DNA of 51,820 bases from Octopus bimaculoides (GCF_001194135.2 NC_068981.1:65131373-65183192), one strand, 5' to 3'; shown: positions 1 to 13,419, counted from the first letter of the stretch. Notes: generated from the sequence alone by a model not told the origin. Made by a program: numbers and translations.

Positions 1-223
1 GGCATGCTAATGTTTCTGCCAGCTCGCCGCCTTCGACTATCCTTTTCTACTCTAGGCACAAGTCCCAAAATTTGTGGGGGGGGACCAGTTGATAAGATCA
101 ACCAGTATGCAACTGGTACTTAATTTATCGACCCCGAAAGGATGAAAGGCGAAGTCGACCTCAGCGGAACTTGAACTCAGTGTAAAGACTGAAATACCGC
201 TAAGCATTTCACCTGACGTGCTA
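1..223 (-). mobile_element. tRNA-like SINE family B (head of one copy plus a second copy in tandem)
   Basis: Recurrent motif gaccccgaaaggatgaaaggc.aagtcgacctc..cggaa.ttgaactcag; B-box-like GAGTTCAA.TTCC on the minus strand. Confidence 0.85.
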
Positions 224-580
224 TTAATAAATTAATATTGCACGAAAACCGATGGAGAAAAGCTGAGTTGGTAAAGTGTCTCCTTTCGATATCATCTTGC
301 CTCCTAAAAGTTTCTAAATTAAAACCTTCCATCAAAATTTCATGTTCCAAATACCACCTCATTGATGAAATGTTATTTTAATAAATTCATTATTTTCAAA
401 GTTAATTGAAACAAGATGTATTTCAACAGACATATGGTAACAAAAGAATTGTGTACAGCTGTATTGTTGGTTCTCAACCTTTTTTGACTTCATGGCACAC
501 TAAGATTAAAAATAAACTACTGGCACATTTCAATCCAAGGAAAGCTAAAAAGAGAAGAAAAAAAAGGTAGTGGGGAGAGA

Positions 581-805
581 TTGAACCTTTAACATTTAAA
601 CTGGCTATATCTGGCCCAAATATTCTGTTCTATGTTCAAACTGACCAGATCCAGCCTCTCACACCTACTTTACAATGTTATTCTTAAAAATGAGCAATCA
701 CATCATTGAAATCTCGAAGCTATGAGATAATGTATGATTTATCGAAAACTATGTGAATAAATAAACATTACATTTGAGAGAGTAATCTGAGTGCTAAAAA
801 GTTAA
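581..805. mobile_element. Degraded TTAA-flanked (piggyBac-like) MITE
   Basis: Left end ttgaacctttaacattt; reverse complement of right end ttaactttttagcactc; termini are degenerate. Confidence 0.4.
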
Positions 806-3800
806 AAATTTAGAATGACATTTTGCCTACCTTGTTTTGCTAATACTAATGATAAAATTATATTTTGTTAATTATTAAGATACTCAAGTATTGTTATGGA
901 TTTTCTAATGCCATAAAATACATTTTTTAAAACCCACATTGTATCGAGGTACCTCTTGAGGTACACTAATGCATAATAGCATTACTACATTTGAGAATTA
1001 GTACTCTATATTCTGTGTTACATCCCACAAATAATAGACTGACATGGATTTAGTCAATGTTTATCTTTGTGTCTTGGCTTCCTGTTTATTCAATAGATAT
1101 CTAAAAGCTTCAGTGATTAGATACACTTCTTTAAAATGTGGAACTGTCTTGCAACAAAGGTTGATAAAAACCAAAGTTTGAGAAATTTTGTTAAAATTCC
1201 ATTGTTTTATTCTTCCTCTTAAACATTACATATATAAACAATACTGATACTTAATAACTTCCAATTCGGAGATCTTTTTAATTTGATTCATCAGTATATA
1301 AAAGAAAACACATGAAAGCAACTATGTAATGTCATTGTTTACCGAAATATAATTTCATTTTGATCATAATATAGTATGATCCCTTGTGTGTGAGTTAAAT
1401 GAATATAGTTAAAAAAAAAAAATGTTCTTTTGAAATAATTTCAATTTCATTGATAACAGTTTCTATTAACTGGGTTTTTTTTTTTGGGGGGGGGGTTAAA
1501 CTCATTTTAGCCATAAATTATTAACCAATTAAATGTTTTATTCAAACTAGTTAGGAATAACAATTACAAAAACAACTTGAATTGTTTACTGAAATGTTTT
1601 GTAATTTGCACACTTTTATAATTTTATTTTTGTCAAATCCAAAGCATTTTTATTGATACTAATTAAATTGTCATCAAATTCATTGAGACTAGAATTATAT
1701 GCTATTAAAGTATTGTACATTCTAAAAAAAGAACCAGCTTAATTTTCAAAATAAGCTTCAGGTTATAGATCATTGACATTACATTAAATACATTACAGTT
1801 TGAATAGGATAATACTTTAGCTAATGATTTCTGCATATATAAATATCATGCTATGTTTATCTCTTTTGCTTTTTTTTTTTGTTTTTTTTTTGTGTGTGTG
1901 TGTGTTGATTTAAGAAAAAAGGATCATTTAGATCTTCAAGTATGATAAAGGAACATTTTATGCATTTCTAACTTCTAATTATGAATGAGGAGCTAGGAGA
2001 CAGGATGAAAAGTGGTTGTTTTCATTTCAGTTATTTTTGATAGGTTATTCTTTAGTTTCCCTTAATTTCTCGTATAGTGATTTCCAAATTCATCAGAAAC
2101 TGAGGAGGTTGGTTAAGGGTTAGTGAACTGCATATAAGATAGGCCATATTTTGTGTATATATCCTTTACAATATATGTAACCATGAAAATGCAATCAAAC
2201 TTGAGTATATGATATACTTTTAATTGTAAATTTTTTGGTAAATTTTGCATAAAATTAATCATGCCTAGTTGATTCAATAAATACCCAGCCTAAATGATAA
2301 ATTAATTAATGAACACTTATTCACAGCATGTATCCCGATGATACATCCCTATTCCATGCTGGCATGAGTTAGATAGTTTGATAAGATACAATAGGTCTAT
2401 TCTCCAATGTTTTTAACATGGTTTCTACTGCTGGATGCCTGCCCTTGCAGAGTATACTGAGTGTTTTTTTTTTTTTTTTATTTATTGTGGTGCTATCACT
2501 AATGAGAATGACATGCAGTTTGCAAGAAAAAGACTGAGTAGGCTACAACAGAGATAGAAGCAGCTTTATTCCTGGAGATGAGGAGTTAAAAAGTGTAAGA
2601 AGGAGCCAGGCAACCGGTTTCTTGCTGTTGAGATTTTATCCCAATGTTAGATTACATATTTAGTGAAACGACCATGTATATTGATTATTTGGTTTGACTT
2701 GGGATTTAACATCATTTGCTTGGAGCTACAATAACTATAAGGCTAAAGGTTAATAAATGCCTGCTAAACCACAAATTTAAGCTATTACTGCAGTCGTGTT
2801 ATTTTATTGGCACTGCTTGCTGTCATATAGCTGACAGACAACAGGTTCCATTCTTACTTCAGAGGTTTATAATTATCAAAAGAATTTGGAAATGACTAAA
2901 AAAATAAGAAATACCCCAGTCATGATATCTTTTTAAAATGTCTGTAAATGGGCCATCTCAAGCAAATATCCAGATACGTACAAATATTTATTTTACCGTA
3001 AGTCATTAGAATTTATAAACTTTGAGCTTTACCGTGTGCTTTGAGATCCACTGTTGCAAAAAAAAAAAAACAGAATTATCTTGTTCACTCAAAGTAACAG
3101 CCTCTAAATATTGGGTCAAAAAGCCCTTTGGTTAGAACATCTGTGATTTGTTTCATAGATGTGGATTAGTGTCCTATGGGTTGCCTTCGACTTTTTCGAT
3201 CTAAAGGTGTTTTTAACCCAATATTACACACATATATCTTTACATAGCTTTATCTGCTTCAAGGTCCACTGTTCCCAAGAAGAATTTTGTGTATATGTCT
3301 TTTACTTTGTCATTAGACTGCTGGCATGCTGGGGCACCACCAGGAATTTTTAGTCTAGTGAATCAACCCCAGTTCTTTGCTATTTTAAAGCCTGGTATCT
3401 TTTACTTTTGCTGAACTGTTGAGTTATGGAGGATGTAACCACCAACACAGGTTGTCAAACAGTGATGGGACACACACACACACACACACTATATATATAT
3501 ATATATATCTGTAAATAAAGTGTGACAATTATTCGGTAGCCATAATAAAACTCAGAGTTTCGGATGTTGGGGCGGAAACCCATGCTGCCATCTCTTCAGT
3601 TATCTGGCCATCAAAATATATACACACACACACACACCCACAATGGACTTCTTTCAATTTCCATCTTTTTCCACTTGCAAAGCTTTGGTTGGCCTGAGGC
3701 TACAGTAGAAGACACTTGCTCAAGGTGCTATATAGTGGGACTGAACCTGGAACAATGTGGTTGGAAATCAAACTTCTTTTCACACAGCTACACCTGCGCA

Positions 3801-4744
3801 TATATATGAATCTCAGCACCTTGTACCTGGAAATTTCATCTCAAAGTTATAGGCTTGGGCAAGGTTTTTTTTAAGAAGACTAGCAGTTACCTATGCATGC
3901 AAGCCTCTTCTCTCCATACCTACAACATCAAAGAGAAAGGCAAACCTGATACTACTTGACATTAATGTTATTGCAGACATTACTGACAGAACACATAGCC
4001 TGAATGAATACAATAAAGCATCTCATCCAACACTCTTACTGTTCCACCAATCTGTAACCCTAGACTAGGTATTTCTTTTTTTATCAACCCTTAAAGGATA
4101 AAAGGCAAAGCCAATTTCACTGAAATTTGATCTCAGAGCTTAGAGTGTTGGAATAAATACAAATTATTTTATCTGGTGCTCTAAAAATTCTGCCAATCTA
4201 TCTCCATTTGTTCAGTTAACATTTGTTTTCCCATGCTAGCACATGAACAGGGGCTTTATCTGAAGCAGGATTTTATGGCTGGGCCTTCTACTAGTCACCA
4301 ACCCTTTCTTGCTTTTCAAGTAAAAGACTTCACAGCTTTTTGAAGTTGTAGAACAACTGGGACATAATCTAAATGAGGAATGTAAATTACATTCACTGTT
4401 TTGCTCAAGCAAAGCTGTAGGATGTAAATTCCTCCCACCACACACACATGCACACATATGAAAGGCTTCCTACAGTTTCTGTCTCATTCACTTGCAAACG
4501 TTGGTTAGTCTAGGGCTATAGTAAAAGATGCTTGCTCAAAAGGCTGTACTGTGACACTGAACCTGATACCATGTTGCTGCAAAGTGAATTCTTTAACTAC
4601 ATAGCCATACCTGTGTATTCTCACACACACACACACGCACACGCACACGCACACACTTTCTTACTTTTGTGTATTGTTTTAAAAATAGGGGATCTTTAAG
4701 CCAGCTGTCTTTTCTACTGCTATCTACTGTAGAAAAAAAAAAAT

Positions 4745-5600
4745 ATTAATAGCAACTCTTTCTGAAATTTGTTGGGAGGGAGCTACTCCATTACATCAAC
4801 CCCATTGCTCAGCTGGTACTTATTTTATCAATCCCCAAAAGGATAGAAGGCAAAGTTGACTTCAGTGGAATTTGAACTCAGAATGGAAAAAATGTACAAA
4901 ATGCCACTAATCATTTTATCCAGCATGCTAACAATTTTGTCAGCTAACCACCTTAATGATAATGATATTAATTATAATTCTACTATAAGCACAAGGCCTG
5001 AAATTTTAAAGGGAGAGAGCTAGTTGATTACTATAACCCAGTGCTTGATTAATCATTAAGCAAGATAAGCATGTGCTTAGGGCATCAGGGGAAGTGGGGG
5101 GGGGCACCACAGAAATGGTAAATGGTTTACGGTACAAAAAAAATCACTTTAAATTTGCTAGAATGATATTCGGGATGCCTTATCTCTACTAAGTATAGAA
5201 GCAAATGAGTTACGTGAGATTAATTTTCAGGAGCTGATCAAAGACTGCAATTAAAAAAAAGTGGGAGAAAACTTTTCAAATATAAATAAAGTGGAGGTAT
5301 ACAAAAATAAACAATATTTTCCATCTTACTGTTAGTTTTGTTTCATTTTGAAAAATAAAAATTTATATTATGTTTTATTATTGTTTATATTTTGAATTCC
5401 ATATATATGGGGGCACCAATATCTTCTAAGCGCATAGGGCCTCAATGGGTCTTAATCCAACTCTGCTATGACCCTAGTGCTCAATTGGTACCTATTTTAT
5501 CAACTCCAAAAGGATGAAAGGCTAAGATGACCTACCACGGCAGAATTTGAACCCAGAACATAGAGATGCATGAAATGCTTCTAAGAATTCTGCCAACTCT
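4745..5600 (-). mobile_element. Two tandem family B SINEs; the second is interrupted by the hAT MITE
   Basis: Same consensus blocks as 1-223, with CpGs mostly decayed. Confidence 0.75.
5039..5465. mobile_element. hAT-type non-autonomous element (MITE) nested in a SINE
   Basis: Imperfect TIRs cagtgcttgattaa / cagagttggattaa (reverse complement); 8-bp TSD CTATAACC / CTATGACC; the SINE sequence resumes across the insertion. Confidence 0.7.
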
Positions 5601-5986
5601 CCACCCACCCATCCAACCACTCCTGGGCACCCATAGCAGGACCTTCCACTATCCCTCATGTGCCTACCCACACTCTCTATGCCCTCACTTATCTACCATA
5701 CCCACCTTCCAGGCACTCCCTCAGCACCTCATGCTGCAGTCACTTCTTCCCCATCTTTAAACATCTCCCCTCACATTCTTATAGAACATTCCCCTCTATC
5801 CCCTCTGTACCTCTTATATTCCCCCTCCCCCACTGTTCCACCATCTACCCCTTTGGAGCCTGATGCAGCCATCTGGTTCGCCAGTCCTCAGTCAAATCGT
5901 CCAACCCATGGAAAGCAGACATTAAACGATGATAATGATGATATATATCTTTCCTCTCCTCTCCTTTCCTACTGGGGTCACCATGT

Positions 5987-6090
5987 ATCTCCTCTGTAGT
6001 TAAACCCTTCAACTGGCACATCTCCTTTGTAGTTAAACCCTTCAACTGGCACATCTCCTCTGTAGTTAAACCCTTCAACTGGCACATCTC
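5987..6090. repeat. 33-bp minisatellite, about 3.1 copies
   Basis: Unit atctcct(c/t)tgtagttaaacccttcaactggcac; produces the repetitive ORF 5845-6087. Confidence 0.95.
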
Positions 6091-6914
6091 TGTCAGTTCT
6101 ACTTCCCCTCCCAGTTCAGAGGTCTTTATCTTGTAAATTACTTAGTGGCCTCACTGGTTTTAGTGCCACATAACAAGCACCCAGTACACTCTGTAAAATG
6201 GTTGAGATTAGGAAGCCTTAGAAACCATGCCAAAGAAGGCAATGGAACCTGGTACAGCTTGCGTAGCTCTTGTCAAACTGTCTAACTCATGCTTACATGG
6301 AAGATAAATGTTAAATGATGATTGAGTAAAAATACTATATTCAGTTAAGTCTTTAAAAATCTTTTAGATTTATTTCAAATATTTTCTTGAATATCAGACA
6401 TTTGAATTGCAACATGACAAGAATTTCGGAGAGTATTTCCATAGTACATTTTAACTTGAAAGATGGAAAATATGAATAAATAAATTTTTTCACAGATTTG
6501 GTGCTCTATGATATCATCATCATTATCGTTAACTACACATGTCTTGCAATTCTTGTACATGTTTAATGCATTGATGCTTATCAGCAACAGGCAGTCCAGT
6601 ACTGCAGTAATAGCATAGCTAATTTGAAGCTTGTTACTTGGTTACAGAAACTGAAAAATGGAAAAACACAGATAATTTCATTTACATATGAATAACATTA
6701 CATAACTGAAATCCCATAGTCTGATATTAATTTCATTTATGTTTTTGTTATCATTATTAACTTTGAATCTGGCATTTAGTTACATATCTTCATGCTCTGG
6801 GTTCAAATATTATCTGGTCTTGATTTTGCCTCTTATTCCCTCTCTGGTTCTTAAAATATATAGCGATATGTTGGAGTTCATTTAGGGAATTTCACTTCTT
6901 TCATTAGTATTATT

Positions 6915-7350
6915 ACTAAGCTGCCAGAATCATTAGCATGCCAGACAAAAAGGCTTTGCCACATTTCTGCCAGCTCTTTACATTCAAATACCACCAAAGT
7001 CAACTTTACCATTCATGCAGGGTATGAATAAGTACAAGTCGAGTACTGAGCTTGATGTAATTAATCAATCCCTGTCCATAAACCATAAGAAAGTGGCAAT
7101 ATGGCAGAACTGTTAGCTTGCCAGGCAAAATGTTTAGTGGCATTTCATCTGTCTTTACATTTGGAGCTCAAATTCCACTGATCATCTGTGCCTTTTAGAA
7201 TCGATAAAATAAGTACCAGTCATGTACTAGGGTTGGTGTAAGCAACTCACCCTCACCTTCAAAAACTGCAAGCCCTGTACCAAAATTTGTAGCTATTATT
7301 TATTATTATCAAGGCAGCAAGCTGGGGAGAATCATAGGCATGCCAGACAA
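6915..7350 (+). mobile_element. Cluster of degraded family B SINE copies
   Basis: Repeated ctggcagaa..gttagc, tcaaattcc and gtaccagt blocks. Confidence 0.65.
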
Positions 7351-8053
7351 AGTGGTTTGCAGCATTTCTTCTGACTCATTACTTTCTTAGCTCAAATCTT
7401 GCTTGGATCAGCTTTCTTTCAAGGCTAAAATATCACTTCAGTACTGGGATTGATGTAAAAGTACCATTCAAATGCTGGATCCTATGGTATCACCTAACCC
7501 ACTTCGCTTCAAAATTGCTAACTTTGTATCTAAATTAGATATAATTAAGAATTTGCTATAGCAGAAGCAACAGTGTTTTTCAGCTGTTTCAACACTTTAC
7601 ATTCCAAGTTCTAATTCTGCTCATACTGATTTGTCCATCCACCTGGAGTACATGTATAACTAACCACACAAAAAGTTGGCCCTATGTTTAATTAAAATAA
7701 ATTATTTGCATTGTTTAAGATGGGTCTGTCTGACATATTCCTTTTGTTCATTCTCTACAAAACTTCTTTATTTTTTTGTCAGCCAATGTCTACAGCAAAA
7801 GAACTATAGACAGTGAAGTGGGGTAAATGTTTAAAACAGAATGAACTGCACTAAAGGTACCCAAAAGCTAGGTGGCAGTATTAATCTAGCCATCATGTAA
7901 AGCATACGATGCAAATTATGTGTATTATGACAATTATAATTGGTATTTTTTTTTTTGTTTTTTGCAGTGTGGTATGTCAATGTGACTGACATTTAATGAA
8001 GTTATCAATTGTATATCAATGTTTGTTTATTTTCCTTTGTGTCCCATTGCTAG

Positions 8054-8197
8054 ATTAAAGTACAAGGTTCCAATGATGAAATGCTTCACACTGCATGTGA
8101 ACTATTCCTTGGCAAAAATGAAAATGAGATCGAGAAGGTTGCCAAAGAGACACTTGAAGGTCACCAGCGTGCCATAATGGGAAACATGACTGTCGAG
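8054..8197 (+). CDS. FLOT1: Flotillin-1 exon (SPFH domain), first coding exon seen in the window: [48 protein letters not shown]
   Basis: Manual translation; tag| acceptor at 8053 and |gttggt donor at 8198; 144 nt, phase 0/0; matches the flotillin-1 motif [16 protein letters not shown]. Confidence 0.96.
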
Positions 8198-8716
8198 GTT
8201 GGTAAACATTTTACAGCAAAATTCAATATTTGCATACATGTTCACATTTAGAAATACTAGTCTACTTAGACACCGAGATGCAGGGACAAAAGCGTACTTG
8301 GATAAGTATGGAGCTTATTAAGCTACTATGAATTATTTTCTATGCTGACAATTTTGTCTTGTTTCTATGGATATATTGATCAGTTATCAAGAAGTTGAGA
8401 TATTAAAGTATGTAGTATGTAAACATACACGCATCAGCAGCCTTATGAGCAAGAATATTATTTGTGTTTTATATTGCGATTGATGGACAATAGTATTGTT
8501 GGTTACATTTGTCAAAAATGTAGTGAACCTGTGATTAGCCAATAGATCAATCACTGGCTCACTACCTTTTTAGTGGAAAATAGCAATGGAATTGTCTAAC
8601 TCTGCAGAATGAATCACACATCTGACTGCACTTGGTTTTCAATTATCTTACCAATGTTTTTGCCTTTCTACAACATATACACATGCATTATATATGTATA
8701 CATACACATACATGGT

Positions 8717-9062
8717 GGAGGCGCAATGGCCCTGTGGTTAGGTCAGCGGACTCGCGGTCATAGGGTCGCGGTTTCGATTCCCAGACCGGGCGTTGTGAGT
8801 GTTTATTGAGCGAAAACACCTAAATCTCCACAAGGCTCTGGCAGGGGATGGTGGTGGACCCTGCTGTACTCTTTCACCACAACTTTCTCTCACTCTTACT
8901 TCCTGTTTCTGTTGTGCCTGTAATTCAAAGGGTCAGCCTTGTCACACTGAATATCTCTGAGAACTACGTTAAGGGTACACGTGTCTGTGGAGTGCTCAGC
9001 CACTTGCACGTTCATTCCACGAGCAAGCTGTTCCGTTGATCGGATCAACTGGAACCCTCGAC
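8717..9062 (+). mobile_element. Young tRNA-derived SINE (family A), 3' end lost in the gap
   Basis: A-box-like TGGCCTGTGGTT and B-box-like GGTTTCGATTCC about 40 nt apart; CpGs retained; body shared with the 46.4-46.7 kb copy. Confidence 0.85.
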
Positions 9063-9269
9063 NNNNNNNNNNNNNNNNNNNNNNNNNNNNNNNNNNNNNN
9101 NNNNNNNNNNNNNNNNNNNNNNNNNNNNNNNNNNNNNNNNNNNNNNNNNNNNNNNNNNNNNNNNNNNNNNNNNNNNNNNNNNNNNNNNNNNNNNNNNNTA
9201 TATATATATATGTATATATATCATACCCATGTCCAGCTTTACTATTCTTACTTTGGAAATAAAGGTTTT

Positions 9270-9680
9270 CTATTTGTATCAAGTTTGGTACTAAGTATGT
9301 GCCAAGAATAAAATATTTGATAAAAGCAAAATGGCAATTTTGAGAAGGACCGAGGGAGCAATATGCAGTGTGAAATTATTGGATAAAAGGAGGGCTGAGG
9401 AATTGGTGGAACAGCTGGCAAGGGCAAATGGATTTCAGTGGTATGGACATGTGTTGAGGAGGGATGAGGATCATGTTCTGAGGTGAGTGCATGAGTTTAA
9501 AGTGACTGAATTGTGAAAGTGAGGTCAACCAAAGAAAACGTAGAGGAGGAGATTGGGAGGGTTGGCTTGAGGAGAGAAGATGCCCAAAACTGGGTGACAT
9601 GGTGTGAGAACAGTTTCTGTAAGAATGAAGTAGATCCGGCCACCCCTGTTAACGGGGACAAACCTGGATTTAAAATATTG
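9270..9680 (+). mobile_element. RTE-clade LINE 3' fragment
   Basis: Degenerate frame QWYGHVLRRDEDHVLR...GQPKKT...GLRREDAQN; 3' block gatccggccacccctgttaacggggac. Confidence 0.75.
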
Positions 9681-9865
9681 GAATTCAATGAAAATGTTTC
9701 CTTTTTAATGATTAGGTGGTTAAAAGTTACCTAATAGACAAACATTTATAAGGCATTCAGATGTTTTAAGTTCATGCATTTTTTGCTTATACAGGCAATC
9801 TTGAGTTGAGGCTTTTGATTTTACTTCAGTATAAAATATGAGATTGATAACTCTAAGGTGGTTTT

Positions 9866-10030
9866 CATCATCATCGTCATTTAACGTCTGCTTTCCATGC
9901 TAGCATGGGTTGGACGATTTGACTGAGGGCTGGTGGACCAGGTGGCTACACCAGGCTCCAATCTGATTTGGCAGAGTTTCTACAGCTGGATGCCCTTCCT
10001 AATGNNNNNNNNNNAAGGCCAGTCAGGCAG
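9866..10030 (-). mobile_element. SINE-like family C 3' part with (GAT)n tail
   Basis: catcatcgtcatttaacgtctgctttccatgctagcatgggttggacg...ggatgcccttcctaa; nearly identical to 14450-14585; related copies near 2340, 6150, 10140, 20400, 24320, 29780, 31090. Confidence 0.8.
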
Positions 10031-10269
10031 TAATTGAAAATGAAGTAGTTAAATGTTCAAACTGGGAAGAAAAAATAATTGCTGAAAGTAAAAGTGAAAA
10101 TCGAACTAAAAAGAAATAAAAACTAATATTTGGAGCATTGACATTGTCTTATATCCCAATCTTTTCCATGCTTGCATGGGTCAGATGGAATCCATTGATG
10201 CAGACTATCTATGGCTGGACGTCCTTCCTGCCACCAACCTTCACCTGTCTCCAAAGAAACCGAAAACTT

Positions 10270-10505
10270 ACAACTCTGCTTGATTAATGGTGATGCTTGT
10301 TTATGACCATCATGAACTGTAAAGACAATGGCACATGCATGTACACACACACTTGTATGATGGGCTTCTTTCAGTTTCCTTCTACCAAATTCAGTCACAG
10401 AGCTTTGGCTGGCTTGGAGCTATAGTAATAGATACTTACCCAAGATGCCATGCAGTAGGATTGAACCCAAAACCATATAGTTGTGAAACAAACTTAACTG
10501 CACAG
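10270..10505 (-). mobile_element. tRNA-headed SINE family D (other copies near 3650-3800, 18715, 28480, 43795-43950, 50475-50605)
   Basis: Recurrent ggttcagtcc.actg..tggcaccttgggcaagtgtcttctactatagc...gaaactgaaagaagccc consensus. Confidence 0.7.
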
Positions 10506-12116
10506 CTAAAATGAAAAACTTAAGGATTGTTTTTAGCGAATTTTAAGTTCAATTTTGTTTCATATAATTTGTAATTTTAAACTGGAGGTGGAAAAAAAAT
10601 TGTAATTGTCATTTTTGATTTGTTTTGTAAGTGAACAGATATATTGTGGCTATTTTATTTAATGCAGCCTGTTGAGGAAGATTGAAAGAAAAAAAAGATA
10701 GAAGCACCATTTTATCTTTTGATAATCAAAAGTTTGTCTCGTGGGATGTTTATTTCTTCTATGTTATCATAATAGTTACTATGGTAATGTAAAAAAAAAA
10801 AAAAAAAATCAGCTTTGAGTGTCTGTAAGGAACACAATGATAACGATAGCTTGGCTTTTGCAGCAGCTCGCTCGCTCTCATCTTGTCAGTCTTCATTGTT
10901 ATTGCAGGTTACTATAGAAATTCAGCAGCTAGCTGTACACGAGTTATAATCTCTTAGGTTCTCTGTTTGCAGCAGTGCTGCTGATAGGAAGAGGAGGAGG
11001 ACTGAAAATTGCTTCCATCAGCCCCCGTAAGCCTGCCTAGTAAATAAGCAGCAGCAGTGTACTAGTTAGTAGTCTAGGTCATTTGATCTAGCTAGCCACA
11101 ATTCTTCTGAATCAATAGATGCCTGTAAAAAGTGCTTGCAGTTTTGCCTATAAATGTGAATGAATATTTATGATGCTTGACAATTCTAATTTCTACTTAT
11201 TTCCTCGACCCTCGTCTCTTAGCAACATTGGAGGCATTTTTCTGCAATTCCTCATTAATTCCTTATTAATGCTTCTATAATTACATTCTGTACATACATG
11301 TGTGTGTACACAAGATTGCTTTTTAAAATTCTTCGGTCCATGAGATGTTGCAATGTTGGATAACTTATTCCATGCATACAGAACTGATAATGTTAATGTA
11401 CTTGGAAAAGTATAAACATCATCATCCCACTTTCAATCCCTTACATACTCAAAGATCTATGTCTAAGAAACCAATAATAAGAGGAACATTGACTCTGACT
11501 TTCTCTTTCTCTCTCTCTCTCTCTTTCCCTCTCTCTCTTTCTCTCTCTCTTTTTCTCTCTCTCTCTCCTCCATTCACTTACTCTCTCTCTCTCTCTCTCT
11601 CTTAATCTGGCATGCTACTTTCAAAACACAGACCATAAATAATTTTTGAATGTCTTTTAACACTTAATTTAGTTTGTTGGAATTATGAAGGCACCAAATA
11701 AACTGACAAATTCTGAGTTAAGTCCTATCAGGTTTGACTTCAGCTTATATATCTCCAGGCTGGTTGTTTTAGTTGTTTAACTTCAAGTCAGACTAGACTC
11801 AGTGGACTCATGACCAAAGCTGCTTTCATCATGATCATGATCATCCTATCTTTTTGTCTATCGGGGACCACATTATCCAATGTATTCTTTTTTAAGACAG
11901 TAGAATGTCAGTTTAGGGAGATTTGGCTATTATTTCTACCAAGTCAAATGATCTTGCAGAGAGTTACTCATTAATTCATTCATTCCTCCAGAGCTGATGA
12001 AATACCAGTTATATAATCTAGTATACTCAATTATTTCCGTATTGTACAAAAATTATCCTCATGGTTTGTCAGAAGGAATCAATACTTTGATTTGTTATGT
12101 TTGTTTCTCATTTCAG

Positions 12117-12236
12117 GAAATCTATAAGGATCGCAAGAAATTTTCCAAAGCTGTGTTTGAAGTTGCCTCTTCGGATTTAGTCAATATGGGGATCTATGTT
12201 GTTAGCTATACATTAAAGGACATTAGAGATGATGAG
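12117..12236 (+). CDS. FLOT1: Flotillin-1 exon: [40 protein letters not shown]
   Basis: tttcag| acceptor, |gtaagc donor, 120 nt, phase 0/0; conserved [20 protein letters not shown] motif; inside supplied ORF 11997-12272. Confidence 0.97.
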
Positions 12237-13419
12237 GTAAGCCTATCTGATGATAAACATCTCTGTCTGTAATATATGATAATTGAACATCAATATTTTA
12301 TTGGAGTTTTCATTTATGATTCATAACATTAATGTCCTCAGGGAAATTTTATTGTTTTTGTTTTTCTTTTAGATAGTAACATGTCTACAGCATCCATCAA
12401 CATTTTCTGCATCTGAATTCATGTGAATGATTTGTCTGCTGTTTGCCAATTATAACACATTCAATTACTATTGCCTAAAGATGTAGCTGTTGCAATAGTT
12501 TTAAGTGAATGAGTCAAATTAACATTGTTGACTTTGTTAGAGCTTAAATGTCACAATGGTAAAAAAGAAATATTCTATACTGTAAGATACATCCATTTGA
12601 GTCTTTTAGTAGTTGTTAAGCTTTTGTAAGTTTGATGGTTTTTAGTCTCATAATTATTACCGTTTAATTTATGCTTGCTTTTCTATGCCAGCATGGTTTG
12701 GCTGAGCTATTATCCAAATTAATTCTTGTTTGGAGTTACTACTCTCCTAGATTGGAGGGGTACATCCCACTTGCTTAGGTTACATTTCTAACATCCTAGT
12801 TTCTTGGTCACCCTCAATAACTGAGCATTCAGTTCAAAATTTGCTAAGTGACATGCTGGGGAAAGATGGTAATAAAAGAAATGGGATGATTGAAGAGAAA
12901 TAGTGAGAGAAAATGATAGCTAGCAATGAAGACAAGTAAAAGAGAGAGAAAGGGATGTCAATGAGAGATAGAAGAGATGAATAGAGAAGAATAATGGCTA
13001 GAAATAAAAATGGATTCTTGTAATTATAGAATTGATTGAATGCAGATCCAATGTGTTGCCATTTCCCACTACACAAACAGTGAGATGGAAGAAAGAGATA
13101 TTGATAGAAGCGAGTGAATGAGAATGATAGAATATTGAAGAGAGAGGAGAAGAGTGATTGTAACAAAAATGGTTAGTGTCAAGGAGACTGACATATGAAC
13201 ATTAAAGACCCCAAAATAGATTCTGTACGTCCCAACTTCCATTATTTTAACAATATTCATTTTGCCATCTTTGCATGGATTGAACAGATCTACTCCAGCA
13301 CAGTGCTTCACCATTTCTCATGATCCATTGCCATCTTCTTTATGAAACTCAGTCTCTTGAAGTTTTCCCTCCACATATCTTCTTTGGTCTCTCCCTTCTA
13401 CAGGTTCCATCCACTTGGA

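Noticed and set aside
5987-6090. 33-bp direct repeats resembling a CRISPR array or repeat protein
   Set aside because: No spacers, eukaryotic intron context; an ordinary minisatellite.
1-8053. Searched for the N-terminal flotillin-1 exons (TCGPNEA, GGR.FV.P, ISLNT, GVPISVTG.AQ)
   Set aside because: No matching codons found by eye; they probably lie upstream of the window.
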